NCBI GenBank assembly: GCA_046539845.1
Contig: JBKHGE010000004.1
Span: 1-64,000, forward strand
DNA length: 64,000 nucleotides
Direction of reading: 5' to 3'
Source: Desulfonatronovibrionaceae bacterium
GTDB taxonomy: Bacteria; Desulfobacterota; Desulfovibrionia; Desulfovibrionales; Desulfonatronovibrionaceae
The position numbers and the translations under genes are program-made. This document shows positions 16,245-27,472 of the stretch, one piece after another. Below the pieces are notes generated by a model. That model was not told where the DNA came from. It did not search any database and saw only the letters and a list, made by a program, of their open reading frames with translations. Each line of letters begins with the position of its first letter. Position 1 is the first letter of the stretch.

Positions 16245-18173
16245 TTAGGAGACCCTGGACCCGGGCGGGACCTCCCCGGACGGGGTCAAAAGTTCCATTC
16301 CGCCAGCGGTCTTGACCGCCAAAATCATCCCCCTGGACTCTACCCCGCGCAATTTTTTGGGCTTGAGATTGCTCACAACCACCACTTGGCGGCCGGTCAG
16401 CTCCGCAGCGGAAAAATGCTCGGCCATGCCGGCCACCATCTGCCTGGGTTCGTCCTCTCCGATGTCCACCAGGACCCGAAAAAGCTTGTCCGCGCCCTCC
16501 ACGGCATGGACCTCGACAATCTTTCCGCTGCGCATGTCCAGCCTCTGAAAATCCTGAAAATCCACCAACTCTTTCAGGGCCGGCTTCTTCCCGGACTTCT
16601 TCTTCTTTTCCCCGGAGCTGGATTCGGCCTCTTGCAGGACCAGCTCTTGGCGGGGAAACAAATTTGATTTCCCGGCTACCTCGACTCCCGGTTTTAGCCC
16701 GCCCCATTCCCGGGTCTCTCGCCCCAAATCCGCACCTCGGTCCGGGCGGTCTCCGGATCCCACCTGGCGCAGCATCTCTTCTGCTGCCGAGGGCATAACC
16801 GGCCACAGATGCAAAGCAATCTTGCGCATCCCTTCCAGAAGGACGTACATAACAGTTTCCAGGCGATCGGTTTGGCCGTTTTTATTCAGGACCCAGGGGG
16901 CGCAATGATCCACGTATTTGTTCAGATAGCGGACAAACTCCCACAGACTCTCCAGAGCCCGGGAAAAACGAAAATCAGCAAACAAAGACTGATAGTTCTT
17001 CAAAGCCTCAAACCCGGTCCGGATGCACTCCTTGTCGTCCGGAGCGAGTTCGCCCAAAGGAGGTACAAAACCGCTGAAATATTTGCCGGTCATGGCCAAA
17101 ACCCGGTTGAACAAATTGCCCAGGTCGTTGGCCAGATCCGAATTAAGGCGCCCCACCAGGGCTTCCTCGGAAAAGGACGCGTCCAGACCGAAATTCATCT
17201 CCCGCAAGAGGAAATATCGGAATGCAGCCAATCCGTATTTGTCCTTCATGGACAGCGGGGAGACCACGTTGCCCAAGCTCTTGGACATCTTGGTCTCGTT
17301 AACATTCCAGTACCCGTGCACCCGAAGGCCCTTGAACAAGGGTATCCCGGCGGACATAAGCATGGTCGGCCAAAAAACCGCGTGCGGCTTTAGGATATCC
17401 TTGGCCACGACATGGTGCGCATTGGGCCAGAAACGCCCGAACTCTTTTCCTCCTGGACCGCCCAGGGCGGTGATGTAATTGATCAGCGCATCAAACCATA
17501 CATAGGTCACATACCCGGAGTCGAACGGCAGCTCTATTCCCCAGGTAAGTCGACTCTTGGGCCTGGATATGCACAGATCGTCCAAGCCCTCGCGCAAAAG
17601 GCCCAGGACCTCGTTCGCGTATCTCTCCGGGCGGATAAAGTCTGATTTTTTTTCTATGTGCCGGCGGAGCGGATCCAGGTACTTGCGCATGCGGAAAAAA
17701 TAATTGGCTTCCTTGATGTATTCCGGCTCCACTCTGTGGTCCGGACACAGTCCTTTCTCCAATTCCTTTTCCGTATAGAAGCGCTCGCATCCGTAACAAT
17801 AATACCCACCATACTCTCCAAAATAGATATCCCCTTTGTCATACACTTTCTGCAGGATATCCTGAACCACCCGGACGTGGTCCGGGTCGGTGGTTCGAAT
17901 AAAGCGGTCATTCTCCACTTCCAGCCCGGGCCAGGTACTGCGGAAAAGCTCGCTTATCCGGTCCACGTATTCCCGGGGGTTTTCACTATTTTCTTCCGCT
18001 GCCCGGACTATCTTGTCCCCGTGCTCGTCTGTCCCGGTCAAAAAAAAGGTTTCCTCTCCGGACAATCTATGGAAACGGTTCACCGCGTCAGCAACAATCG
18101 TAGTATAGGCGTGCCCCAAATGGGGGTTGGCGTTTACATAATATATGGGAGTGGTAATATAAAAGCTGCTCAA
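16245..18173 (-). CDS. metG: methionyl-tRNA synthetase with C-terminal tRNA-binding domain
   Basis: YITTPIYYVN..PHLGH, GTDEHG, KMSKS; likely TTG start at 18173 after GGAGG. Confidence 0.97.
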   Translation of the reverse strand: MSSFYITTPIYYVNANPHLGHAYTTIVADAVNRFHRLSGEETFFLTGTDEHGDKIVRAAEENSENPREYVDRISELFRSTWPGLEVENDRFIRTTDPDHVRVVQDILQKVYDKGDIYFGEYGGYYCYGCERFYTEKELEKGLCPDHRVEPEYIKEANYFFRMRKYLDPLRRHIEKKSDFIRPERYANEVLGLLREGLDDLCISRPKSRLTWGIELPFDSGYVTYVWFDALINYITALGGPGGKEFGRFWPNAHHVVAKDILKPHAVFWPTMLMSAGIPLFKGLRVHGYWNVNETKMSKSLGNVVSPLSMKDKYGLAAFRYFLLREMNFGLDASFSEEALVGRLNSDLANDLGNLFNRVLAMTGKYFSGFVPPLGELAPDDKECIRTGFEALKNYQSLFADFRFSRALESLWEFVRYLNKYVDHCAPWVLNKNGQTDRLETVMYVLLEGMRKIALHLWPVMPSAAEEMLRQVGSGDRPDRGADLGRETREWGGLKPGVEVAGKSNLFPRQELVLQEAESSSGEKKKKSGKKPALKELVDFQDFQRLDMRSGKIVEVHAVEGADKLFRVLVDIGEDEPRQMVAGMAEHFSAAELTGRQVVVVSNLKPKKLRGVESRGMILAVKTAGGMELLTPSGEVPPGSRVS

Positions 18174-18192
18174 ATCTTCCTCCTGTTCGGCT

Positions 18193-19179
18193 CTACCTCT
18201 GACCACCGGATCCCTTGCGTTTCGGTTTGCCTTTTCTGACTCCCGAACCATTCTTTCTATCCTTTTCGTTCCCGTTCCCGGCGCTATCCGTCTGTTTTCC
18301 CTCCGCACCGCGACCCTTGCGACTTGGTTTCTCCGACCCGGAAGAGGCCTGCTGTTCCTCGTTCCCGGTACATTGGGAGCGGACTATCATCCGCCATTCA
18401 TCCAGGGGCATCTCCCGTTCCTGCCCCTCCTCGTCCAAAACGGTCAAGGAATCCCGAAACAGATTGGAGCGCTGCACACGCAAAATGCCCTGCTCTGTGT
18501 GATAACGCTTGCCGATTTTGGGTAACTTTTTTTTGAATTGGGAATAGTTTTCCTGCTCATAGGCCAGGCAACACAAGAGCCGGCCACATACCCCGGAGAT
18601 CTTGGCCGGGTTCAGAAACAAATTCTGGTCCTTGGCCATTTTGATGGTCACTGGATCAAAATTGCGCAGGAACCTGCGGCAGCAGCATACTTGGCCGCAA
18701 TTGCCCACTGCCCCCACCATCTGGGTCTCGTGCCTTACCCCGATCTGCCGGAGTTCGATACGCGTCTTGTACGCCTTGACCAGATCTTTAACCAATTCCC
18801 GAAAATCCACCCGGCCCGGAGCGGCAAAAAAAAAGATTATCTTGCTGCGGTCAAAAAAGACCTCCACATCCACCAATTTCATCTCCAAACCGCGATCCGC
18901 GATCCGTTCCCGGCAGTATCTGAAGGCCTCGTAGCCCAGCCGGCTATTGTCCTTGGCGATCTCCATGTCTTCTTCTGTGGCCTTGCGCTGGACTTCCTTG
19001 AGTGACTCCTCTTTCAGATAGTCCGGGACCTCGTCTGTCAAGCGGGCCACATAACCCATTCCCAACCCCTCTTCGGTCCGGACCACAACCCAATCGCTTT
19101 CGCGCAGCTCGAGCGATGAGGCGTCAAAATAATATACAGGGCTGCACTCCCTGAATTTGATACCGGCTATATGGGACAT
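18193..19179 (-). CDS. ricT: PSP1-domain / RicT (YaaT)-family Fe-S protein
   Basis: GRVDFRELVKDL, RIELRQIGVR, GNCGQVCCC, KISGVCGRLLCCL.YE. Confidence 0.9.
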   Translation of the reverse strand: MSHIAGIKFRECSPVYYFDASSLELRESDWVVVRTEEGLGMGYVARLTDEVPDYLKEESLKEVQRKATEEDMEIAKDNSRLGYEAFRYCRERIADRGLEMKLVDVEVFFDRSKIIFFFAAPGRVDFRELVKDLVKAYKTRIELRQIGVRHETQMVGAVGNCGQVCCCRRFLRNFDPVTIKMAKDQNLFLNPAKISGVCGRLLCCLAYEQENYSQFKKKLPKIGKRYHTEQGILRVQRSNLFRDSLTVLDEEGQEREMPLDEWRMIVRSQCTGNEEQQASSGSEKPSRKGRGAEGKQTDSAGNGNEKDRKNGSGVRKGKPKRKGSGGQR

Positions 19180-19182
19180 CAA

Positions 19183-20601
19183 TCAGTTTTCCTTTTTCAG
19201 TCTGCGGGCTATTTCTCTGGCCGAACGCCTGCCTGCGCCCATGGCCAAAACCACTGTGGCCGCACCGGTGACTATGTCCCCTCCGGCAAAGACCATGGGC
19301 ATGCTGGTCTCCCCGGTCTCGGGATCCACCCGGATATAGCCGCGCTCGTTTAAATCCAGCTCGGGCGATGAATTAATCAAAACCGGGTTCGGTCCACTAC
19401 CCACGGCGATTATTGCCAAATCCGCCTCTATCTCGAATTCTTCTCCGCTGATGGGGACCGGCCGACGCCGGCCGCTTTCATCCTCTGGTCCCAGTTCCAT
19501 ACGCTGCAGGCGCAAAGAACATAGATTGCCTTGTTCATCCCCTCTAAACTCCAGCGGTGATGAGAGGATCTCCAGTCTGACTCCCTCTTCCAAGGCATGT
19601 TCCAGTTCCTCGTGTCTGGCTGGCATCTCCCCCTGGGTTCGCCTGTAAACTATTTTTACTTCCTCGGCGCCCAGACGCAGGGCTGTCCTGGCCGCATCCA
19701 TGGCCACATTGCCCCCGCCGAGCACGACCGCCTTTTCCCCCTCCGGGACCGGGGTATCGTATTCCGGAAAGAGATAGCCGCGCATCAGATTGACCCGGGT
19801 CAGGTATTCGTTGGCCGAGTACACACCGGTCAAATTTTCCCCGGGAAGACCCAAAAATTTAGGCAGCCCAGCACCAACTCCGATGAATACAGCCTTGTAT
19901 CCCTGCTCCAAAAGTTCCTGGATACCGCTAGTGGGCCCGCCTACATGGTTGCATACGAACTCCACCCCCTGGGCCCGCAGGGTCTCGATCTCGGTGCGGA
20001 CCACAGACTTGGGCAGTCGAAACTCGGGAATCCCGTAGACCAGTACTCCCCCGGGCTCGTGCAGGGCCTCAAACACCGTGACCTTTATTCCTCTGGCCGC
20101 CAAGTATCCGGCCGCAGTCAAGCTGCTCGGGCCTGAGCCGATCACCGCCACCCGCAGATCTTCGTCCACCACGCGGCAGGCCTCGTCCCCGGCAATGGCC
20201 TCACAAGAGTTCTTGGAATAATAATTGTCGGCAACAAATCGCTCCAGGCGACCGATAGCCACCGGCTTGCCTGTCTTTCTCAGCTTGCAGCTGCCCTCGC
20301 ACTGATTCTCCTGCGGACAGACCCGGCCGCATATAGCGGGCAGACTGTTGGTTTCCTTTATCTTTTTGAACGCGGCCTCAAGATCGTCTTCCGCGAGCAT
20401 CCGAATAAAGGACTTGCAGTCCACTTCCACCGGGCAACCCTGCTGACAGGTGGGAGTCTTGCACTGCAAACATCTTCCGGCCTCCTCACGGGCCAACTCC
20501 AGGGTGTAGCCCAGGGCCACTTCACTGAAATTACCCGCCCTTTCCTCCGCATCCTGCATGGGCATGGCCACGCGGTCTTTAATTCTCTGTTTCTTGCTCA
20601 T
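19183..20601 (-). CDS. nfnB: NfnB/SudA-type large subunit (GltD-like Fe-S flavoprotein)
   Basis: RCLQCK..C..GCPV, CGRVCPQE.QCE, GSGP, GGGNVAMD, GGDIVTGAATV; overlaps the nfnA-like gene. Confidence 0.85.
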   Translation of the reverse strand: MSKKQRIKDRVAMPMQDAEERAGNFSEVALGYTLELAREEAGRCLQCKTPTCQQGCPVEVDCKSFIRMLAEDDLEAAFKKIKETNSLPAICGRVCPQENQCEGSCKLRKTGKPVAIGRLERFVADNYYSKNSCEAIAGDEACRVVDEDLRVAVIGSGPSSLTAAGYLAARGIKVTVFEALHEPGGVLVYGIPEFRLPKSVVRTEIETLRAQGVEFVCNHVGGPTSGIQELLEQGYKAVFIGVGAGLPKFLGLPGENLTGVYSANEYLTRVNLMRGYLFPEYDTPVPEGEKAVVLGGGNVAMDAARTALRLGAEEVKIVYRRTQGEMPARHEELEHALEEGVRLEILSSPLEFRGDEQGNLCSLRLQRMELGPEDESGRRRPVPISGEEFEIEADLAIIAVGSGPNPVLINSSPELDLNERGYIRVDPETGETSMPMVFAGGDIVTGAATVVLAMGAGRRSAREIARRLKKEN

Positions 20602-21430
20602 GGCACTTGCAGAATAATTTATAGGATTTTTGTTCCTGAGGCACGAATGCCTTCAAACGCCGGGAGAGCTCATCAAAATCCACCTGGTGGGCATCAAATT
20701 CCGGACCGTCCACGCAGGCAAAGCGAATATTGTTATCCACGCTCACTCGACAGGCCCCGCACATACCAATACCGTCGACCATGATCGAATTCAGACTGAC
20801 AACGGTCTTTACGCCCAGCGGCCGGGTAACCTCGGCCACCGCCCGCATCATGGGCACTGGTCCCACTCCGACCACTTCGCTCACGTCCGAGTGCTCATCC
20901 AGATACTGCTGCAGGACCTCGGTAACTAGGCCCTTGTGCCCGAAACTACCGTCATCAGTGGCCACCAGGACCTGGGGACAAAACGCGGCCAATTCGGCGT
21001 GAAAAAGCAAGAGGTCTTTGCTTCTGGCCCCGATAATTGCGGCCACATGGTTGCCGGCCTCAAAATGGCCCTTGGCTATGTGATGCATAGCCGCGATTCC
21101 GGTTCCACCTCCGACGCACACCACCCGGCCCTGTTTCTCGATCCTGGTGGGCTTGCCCAGCGGTCCGCAAAGATCAAGTATCTCATCCCCCTCGTCCAGG
21201 GTCTCCAAAAGGGCGGTGGTCTTGCCCAAGACAAGATAGACAATGGTTATGGTCCCGGCTCCGGGGTCCTTGTCCGCAATGGTCAAGGGTACGCGCTCCC
21301 CGGTTTGGCTCAGGCGAATGACCACAAAGTTCCCGGGCTTGGCCCGGGCCGCTATTTGCGGGGCTCGGATGACCATTTCACTCACCCGGCCCGGTATAAG
21401 CCCCCGTTTTTTGACTATTGGACTGGACAT
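20579..21430 (-). CDS. nfnA: NfnA/SudB-type small subunit (FAD, 2Fe-2S)
   Basis: GERVPLTIAD, GPLG, GGGTG, MVDGIGMCGACRV, CVDGPEFD. Confidence 0.87.
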   Translation of the reverse strand: MSSPIVKKRGLIPGRVSEMVIRAPQIAARAKPGNFVVIRLSQTGERVPLTIADKDPGAGTITIVYLVLGKTTALLETLDEGDEILDLCGPLGKPTRIEKQGRVVCVGGGTGIAAMHHIAKGHFEAGNHVAAIIGARSKDLLLFHAELAAFCPQVLVATDDGSFGHKGLVTEVLQQYLDEHSDVSEVVGVGPVPMMRAVAEVTRPLGVKTVVSLNSIMVDGIGMCGACRVSVDNNIRFACVDGPEFDAHQVDFDELSRRLKAFVPQEQKSYKLFCKCHEQETEN

Positions 21431-21502
21431 AAAAAACTCCGTTTATATCCCTGCACATCTTTAGGTTGAAGCAAACGCCTTGCAGTATCAGATTTGACCC
21501 GA

Positions 21503-24148
21503 TCAGCCCCGGATCAAAGACTCCAGGCGCTCAAAGGCCCCGGGTAAACCATCCGGGCGCGGACCACCGGCTTGGGCCATGTCCGGCCGCCCGCCCCCTC
21601 CGCCGCCTATCTCCGCGGCCACCTCTTTGATCAGCTCGGGGGCGGTGAAGCGGTCGTGCAGGTCACGGCTCACGTATAAAATAAGCATGGCCTTTCCCTC
21701 CTGGCTGGCACCCAAAAGGATGACTCCGCTTTTAAGCCTGGAACGCAGATTATCCACTGCCTTTCTGAGCCCGCCGGCATCCGGGACGTCCACCTCCCGA
21801 GCCAGGACATTGATTCCACCCACCTCCCGGACTTCTGCCAAAAGATCCTCGCCCTTAAAAGAGGATAGCTTGTCCATAAGCTCCTGCTTCTCTCGGGTCA
21901 GAATCTTAACCTGTTCCTGAAGCGCCCGGGCCCGATCCGGGAGCTGGTCAGGGGACACGCGCAGGACCTCCCGCAAATCCCTCACGCAGGAACGCATCTC
22001 CCACCAATGGGAAAGGGCCCCCCAGCCGGTCCAGGCCTCAATCCTGCGCACACCGGCTGCCACTGCTTCCTCGGACACGATACACATACTCCCGGCCTGG
22101 CCGGTAGTCTCCAAATGGGTCCCGCCGCACAATTCCATGGATACTCCGGGCACGCTAATGACCCGGACATCGGTGTTGTATTTCTCTCCGAAAAGAGCCA
22201 GGGCCCCTTTTTCCACCGCTCGGGGATAGGGCATGACCTCTTCCTTCACCCGGTGGTTGGCCAGGATATGGGCGTTCACTTCTTCCTCGATCCGGTCCAG
22301 CTCCTCCCGGGTCACAGCCTGGATATGGGTGAAATCAAAGCGTAGCCGCTTCTCGTCCACCAGGGAACCGGCCTGGCGGACATGGTCGCCCAGGACATTG
22401 CCCAATACAGCGTGCAAAAGATGGGTGACCGTGTGATTGCGGGCCGTGGCCACTCTCTTGCCCTCTTCCACTTCCAGGTTTGCCTCCTGATCCAGGCCTA
22501 TCTCCCCCCGGGTGACCTTTACCAGATGCACGGTCAACTCCGGGGCCGGTTTCTGGCAGTCCCGGACCTCGGCGCCTCCGGACGGGGTGCTTATCCTCCC
22601 CCGATCTCCGACCTGGCCACCGGATTCAGCGTAAAAAGGAGTACGCGAACATACCACATATCCCTGCTCACCTTTCTTCAAAACCGTTTTTGTCTCCCCT
22701 TTTTCAGAGGTCAGAAACACGACTCTGCCCTCGGCCTGGAGCCCGGAATAACCCACGAATTCACTGCTAAGCCCTTGTTCCAGGAGGGCGGCAAACCGGG
22801 AGGACCAGTCTTTTTCCCCGCTGCCCTTCCAGGCCGCCTTGGCCCTTTCCTTCTGCTCGTACATACAGCGGTTGAAACCCTTTTCGTCCACGGCGAACCC
22901 CTGCTTTTCAGCCACGTCATTGACTATGTCCAAGGGAAAACCGAAGGTGTCGTACAGCTTGAACGCGGTCTCTCCGGAAACCGTGTCTCCGCCGCTTGTA
23001 CGCAGATCATCCAGGGTCTGCTCCAGAAGGACCAGGCCCTTGTCCAGAGTGCGGCCGAACCTTTCCTCCTCCTGAAAGACCACCTTGCCCATAAAGCTAC
23101 GGCTGGCCTCCAGCTCGGGGTAGGCCGCCTTCATCCCGTCAATGACCAGAGCGCAGGTATTGTGCAAGAAAGGATCTTTTAGCCCCAAGAGGCGGCCGAA
23201 GCGGAAGGCACGGCGGATAAGACGGCGCAGCACGTATCCTCGGCCCTCGTTGGAAGGCAATATCCCGTCGCTGATCATAAACGCTACCGCTCGGCTGTGG
23301 TCGGCTATGACCCTTAGCGCGGTGTCTGTTTCTTCGTCCCGGCGGTATTCAACCCCGGCCATGTTCGCTGCAGCTAAGATGAGCCCGGAAAAGAGATCGG
23401 AATCAAAATTGGAGTATACGCCCTGGCAGACCGCGGCTATGCGCTCCAACCCCATGCCGGTGTCGATGCTCGGTCGAGGCAGGGGATGCATTTTTCCCTG
23501 TTCGTCCCGGTCGTATTGCATAAAGACCAGGTTCCAGACTTCCAGGTAACGGTCGCATTCGCAGCTGCCGATAGCGCAGTCTGGACCGCAGGCCATGTCT
23601 TCGCCCTGGTCAAAATGTACTTCGGAACACGGCCCGCAAGGTCCAGTATCCCCCATGGACCAGAAATTGTCCTTCTCTCCGAGGCGGAATATGCGCTCCG
23701 CCGGGACCCCGGCCACCTCCTGCCACAGGGACTCAGCTTCGTCGTCGTCTTTGTACACGGTGATGTACAATTTGTCCCCGGGCAGACCCATCTCCCGGGT
23801 CAAAAATTCCCAAGCATAGCCTATGGCCTCCCGTTTAAAGTAGTCACCAAAGGAAAAATTGCCCAGCATCTCGAAAAAGGTATGGTGTCGGGCGGTGCGA
23901 CCCACGTTTTCCAAATCGTTGTGCTTCCCGCCCACGCGCAGGCACTTCTGGGAAGTGACCGCCCGCAAGTACTCCCGCTTGTCTTGGCCCAGAAAGACCT
24001 TTTTGAACTGGACCATGCCCGCATTGGTAAACAGCAGGGAGGGGTCCTCTCTGGGAACCAGCGGAGAGCTGGGGACAATTGCGTGTCCGTGCCTCTGGAA
24101 ATAGTTGAGGAATTTGTCTCGGATTTGGTTTGCGCTAAGCCGATTCAC
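21503..24148 (-). CDS. alaS: alanyl-tRNA synthetase
   Basis: [52 protein letters not shown]. Start GTG 24148 (or ATG 24190). Confidence 0.98.
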   Translation of the reverse strand: MNRLSANQIRDKFLNYFQRHGHAIVPSSPLVPREDPSLLFTNAGMVQFKKVFLGQDKREYLRAVTSQKCLRVGGKHNDLENVGRTARHHTFFEMLGNFSFGDYFKREAIGYAWEFLTREMGLPGDKLYITVYKDDDEAESLWQEVAGVPAERIFRLGEKDNFWSMGDTGPCGPCSEVHFDQGEDMACGPDCAIGSCECDRYLEVWNLVFMQYDRDEQGKMHPLPRPSIDTGMGLERIAAVCQGVYSNFDSDLFSGLILAAANMAGVEYRRDEETDTALRVIADHSRAVAFMISDGILPSNEGRGYVLRRLIRRAFRFGRLLGLKDPFLHNTCALVIDGMKAAYPELEASRSFMGKVVFQEEERFGRTLDKGLVLLEQTLDDLRTSGGDTVSGETAFKLYDTFGFPLDIVNDVAEKQGFAVDEKGFNRCMYEQKERAKAAWKGSGEKDWSSRFAALLEQGLSSEFVGYSGLQAEGRVVFLTSEKGETKTVLKKGEQGYVVCSRTPFYAESGGQVGDRGRISTPSGGAEVRDCQKPAPELTVHLVKVTRGEIGLDQEANLEVEEGKRVATARNHTVTHLLHAVLGNVLGDHVRQAGSLVDEKRLRFDFTHIQAVTREELDRIEEEVNAHILANHRVKEEVMPYPRAVEKGALALFGEKYNTDVRVISVPGVSMELCGGTHLETTGQAGSMCIVSEEAVAAGVRRIEAWTGWGALSHWWEMRSCVRDLREVLRVSPDQLPDRARALQEQVKILTREKQELMDKLSSFKGEDLLAEVREVGGINVLAREVDVPDAGGLRKAVDNLRSRLKSGVILLGASQEGKAMLILYVSRDLHDRFTAPELIKEVAAEIGGGGGGRPDMAQAGGPRPDGLPGAFERLESLIRG

Positions 24149-25205
24149 TTTGCTCTTCCTTTTCCCTGACCCCGTCTTTGTTTTGCTCATCCTTTACTCC
24201 CAGCTTGACCAGGAGTTCATCCTCTATCTTCTGTTTGAGCTCCGGATTCTCCTTGAGCATGGCCCGGACGTTGTCCCGTCCCTGACCCAGCCTTTCGGAG
24301 CCATAAGCGAACCAGGCCCCGCTCTTGTCCACGATCCCTTGGTCCACCGCCATATCCAAAATCTCTCCCTCCCGGGAGATACCCTCCCCGTAAAGGATAT
24401 CAAAAACCGCCTCCCGGAACGGAGGGGCGACTTTGTTCTTGACTATCTTCACCCGGACCCGGTTCCCGTAGACCTGCTCCTTGTCCTTGAGGGTCTGAAT
24501 CTTGCGGATGTCTATGCGCACCGAGGCGTAAAACTTGAGTGCATTGCCCCCGGTGGTGGTCTCCGGGCTGCCGTAGCCCATCATGCCGATCTTCATTCGA
24601 ATCTGATTGATAAACACCAGCCCGGTGCGGGACTTGTGGATGGTACCGGTCAGCTTGCGCATGGCGTGGGACATAAGCCTGGCTTGACCGCCCACCTGGG
24701 TCTCACCCATATTCCCTTCCAACTCGGCCTGGGGGATAAGCGCGGCCACCGAGTCCACCACCACAATATCCACTCCTCCGGAGCGGACCAGGAGATCAGC
24801 TATCTCCAGGGCCTGCTCCCCATAGTCCGGCTGGGATATAAGCAGCTCCTCGGTATTCACTCCCAGCTTACGGGCATAGGTCACGTCCAGGGCGTGCTCG
24901 GCATCGATAAACGCGGCCACACCTCCCTGCTTCTGGGCCTCGGCAATCACCTGTAAGGCCAAAGTGGTTTTGCCCGAGGACTCCGGGCCATAGATCTCCG
25001 AGACCCGGCCCCGGGGGATGCCATCTATGCCCAGGGCAATATCCAGGCCGATGGATCCGGTGGGGATGGAAGGGATGGACTGATGCGCCCCGTCCGAAAG
25101 GCGCATCACCGACCCCTGGCCGTACTTACGTTCGATGGTGCCGATGGCGGTCTCCAGGGCCTCTTTTTTCATATCTTCCGGGGACATGCTTGATTTTTTG
25201 GCCAT
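24135..25205 (-). CDS. recA: recombinase RecA
   Basis: [36 protein letters not shown]. Confidence 0.99.
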   Translation of the reverse strand: MAKKSSMSPEDMKKEALETAIGTIERKYGQGSVMRLSDGAHQSIPSIPTGSIGLDIALGIDGIPRGRVSEIYGPESSGKTTLALQVIAEAQKQGGVAAFIDAEHALDVTYARKLGVNTEELLISQPDYGEQALEIADLLVRSGGVDIVVVDSVAALIPQAELEGNMGETQVGGQARLMSHAMRKLTGTIHKSRTGLVFINQIRMKIGMMGYGSPETTTGGNALKFYASVRIDIRKIQTLKDKEQVYGNRVRVKIVKNKVAPPFREAVFDILYGEGISREGEILDMAVDQGIVDKSGAWFAYGSERLGQGRDNVRAMLKENPELKQKIEDELLVKLGVKDEQNKDGVREKEEQSESA

Positions 25206-25604
25206 AATACTCTCTCCCAGCTCTTGATGGCTGTTTTAAAAATGACTCCATCCCTCCCTGAGAGGAGGGGTGGACCTGTAAAAAACACAAAAAAGACTTG
25301 CAATGGTCTGTTTACCTTGGCAACAACTTTTTGCGGCTCTTGGACCAACCTTATAAATCCTTAATATCCCGCCCGCCTGATCCATTTTGGGTTTTTCAAG
25401 CATCAGTTTTCTATCCCCTTTGCGCCTGCAAAAAAATTGTTTCCGCCGCATCCGCGTGGGACAAAAGACAAAAAACGGCGAACAGTACTTGGTCTGTTGC
25501 CATCAAATAAGTAGATTAGCTTTTTTGCCCGCATCTGACAAGCGAAGCAGGCCGGACAGACGCTCCCGCCCGCAGGGGAGACGGAAACACCGGATACTCC
25601 CACC

Positions 25605-26378
25605 CTAACCGGGGGTCTTCTCAATACTGGCGTAGGCGCTGTGGTTGTGTATAGACTCAAAGCTCTCCACTTCCAGAGAGAACCAGGTCACCAGCGGGTG
25701 CTCCTCCAGACTGGCGGCCATGTTCCGGACCACATCCTCGACAAAGGCAGGGCGGGCAAAGGCCTGCTCGGTTACGTATTTCTCGTCCTCCCTCTTGAGC
25801 AGGGGATATACCGGGGAGGATCCGGAATCCTGAGCCATTTCAATCAGCTCTTCCAGCCACAGAAGGCCGGTAAACCCGGCCCGTACCCGGACAAGCGCCC
25901 TCTGGCTGTGCGCCCCTTCCTCGCTTATGGCCAAAGAACAGGGACAGACTGTCATTACCGGTACTTCGGCCCCAATGCTCAAGCCCATGCTGCGGTTTTC
26001 CAGGCATCCGGAGACAAAACAGTCGTAGTCCATCACAAATTCATTGCCGCTAATCGGCGCCCGGCGGAGAAGGAAATAGGGGAATGCGAATCTGACGTGT
26101 GCCCTGCGGGCGTTCAGGCGGGCGCAAATATTATCCAAAAGGGTGTACAGACTCTTGTAGGTCAAAAAGCCTTCCCAGGAACTCAAGACCTGCATGAACC
26201 GGCTCATATGTGTCCCCTTCATGCTCCCGGGCAGATCCACACTGGCGTTCACGCTGGCTATGGTATCTTGCCTGCCTCTGGTCCTATCCTGGACCACGAG
26301 GGGAACGCTGAGGTTTTTGATTCCCACCCGGTCTATGGACAACGGCACCTCGGAAGGACCGTTCTGAACGTCAAGCAT
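25605..26378 (-). CDS. folE2: GTP cyclohydrolase IB FolE2
   Basis: DVQ, KGTHMSRF, TVCPCS, AHSQR, FVEDVVR, ESIHNH.AYA. Confidence 0.95.
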   Translation of the reverse strand: MLDVQNGPSEVPLSIDRVGIKNLSVPLVVQDRTRGRQDTIASVNASVDLPGSMKGTHMSRFMQVLSSWEGFLTYKSLYTLLDNICARLNARRAHVRFAFPYFLLRRAPISGNEFVMDYDCFVSGCLENRSMGLSIGAEVPVMTVCPCSLAISEEGAHSQRALVRVRAGFTGLLWLEELIEMAQDSGSSPVYPLLKREDEKYVTEQAFARPAFVEDVVRNMAASLEEHPLVTWFSLEVESFESIHNHSAYASIEKTPG

Positions 26379-26797
26379 CAGACGAGGTCCCTGCCCGTGG
26401 TGGTGAGACTTAACTGGCCATGCTTTACACCGCGGGTGGCAGTAAGCTTATCCGCGGTCTCCTTGATCCGGGTCCCCCGGCCTTTTAAGACCAGGACTTC
26501 CAGACAGTTGTCGTGATCGAGGTGGATATGCATCGAGGTGATAATCACATCCAGGTAGTCGTGCTGGATCTCGGTCAGTCTCTGGGATAGATCGCTTTTG
26601 TGGTGGTCATAGACCAGAGTCAGGGTGCCCACGGCTTCTTTGTCCGGATCCTCCCACTCCTTCTGGACCAGGGTGTTGCGGATGAGGTCGCGTATGGCCT
26701 CGGAGCGGGTCTGATAGCTGCGTTCATTGCACAGGTCATCGAACTTGTTCAAAAGATCCAGATCCAGTGACACACCAAAACGTATTGTCTTGCCCAT
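26378..26797 (-). CDS. nikR: nickel-responsive regulator NikR
   Basis: RFGVSL ribbon-helix-helix, [12 protein letters not shown]...[12 protein letters not shown]. Confidence 0.96.
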   Translation of the reverse strand: MGKTIRFGVSLDLDLLNKFDDLCNERSYQTRSEAIRDLIRNTLVQKEWEDPDKEAVGTLTLVYDHHKSDLSQRLTEIQHDYLDVIITSMHIHLDHDNCLEVLVLKGRGTRIKETADKLTATRGVKHGQLSLTTTGRDLV

Positions 26798-26818
26798 ATC
26801 TCCTCCATTTCAGAACGA

Positions 26819-27472
26819 TTAGCGCTCATTGCGGCGCCCAAGCATGCGCAGGGTCACCGTCCCTTTCTGCCCGCTGTTTTGCACTGTCTTTTTCCCCACA
26901 GAACACACTTCCCAGCCCGCCTCGCGTAGCCAGGGCCAGGCCCGCCTGGAGACCTCACGGTCCGGATCCGCGAAAACCGCCCTTCCCCCAGGCTTGAGAA
27001 CCCTTTCCAACAGCTCGGATACAGGTTCAAGGAAACGTGACTCGTAAAATACATCCGCGGCCCAGACAAAGTCAAAACAAGACGGACAAAATCCGGGATA
27101 TCTCCAGTCAGTGCACACCCAAAAGGGCTCCCGGACCCGGTTCCTGCGTGCATTTACCCGGCCGTAGGCCAAAGCAGAAAATTTGTTGTCCGTCGCAGTG
27201 ACCCGGGCTCCGCACTCCGCTCCGGCCAGGGCGGTAAGTCCCAGTCCGCAGCCGAGATCCAGGCAATGGCGCTCCCGGAGCAAGGAACTGTTCCCCTGGA
27301 TCCACTCGGTCAAAAAAATCGCGGCTGGCCATACCTCCACCCAATAGGGGATAAAATCCTCGTCCGCCTCACTTGAACCGTCCATATCCGACCACAAAGA
27401 CTCCAGATCATCCGGCCTGGAAATCTCCCAGGTCCTGTCCCCGGCCTCGACCAGCAGATTTTCAATTTTCAT
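26819..27472 (-). CDS. class I SAM-dependent methyltransferase (Methyltransf_16-like)
   Basis: PYWVEVWPAA, LDLGCGLGL, ADVFYE, ADP.R. Confidence 0.88.
   Translation of the reverse strand: MKIENLLVEAGDRTWEISRPDDLESLWSDMDGSSEADEDFIPYWVEVWPAAIFLTEWIQGNSSLLRERHCLDLGCGLGLTALAGAECGARVTATDNKFSALAYGRVNARRNRVREPFWVCTDWRYPGFCPSCFDFVWAADVFYESRFLEPVSELLERVLKPGGRAVFADPDREVSRRAWPWLREAGWEVCSVGKKTVQNSGQKGTVTLRMLGRRNER

Noticed and set aside
18174..18308. Extended metG N-terminus
   Set aside because: Overlaps ricT; TTG 18173 has a GGAGG RBS directly before the conserved FYITTPIYY.
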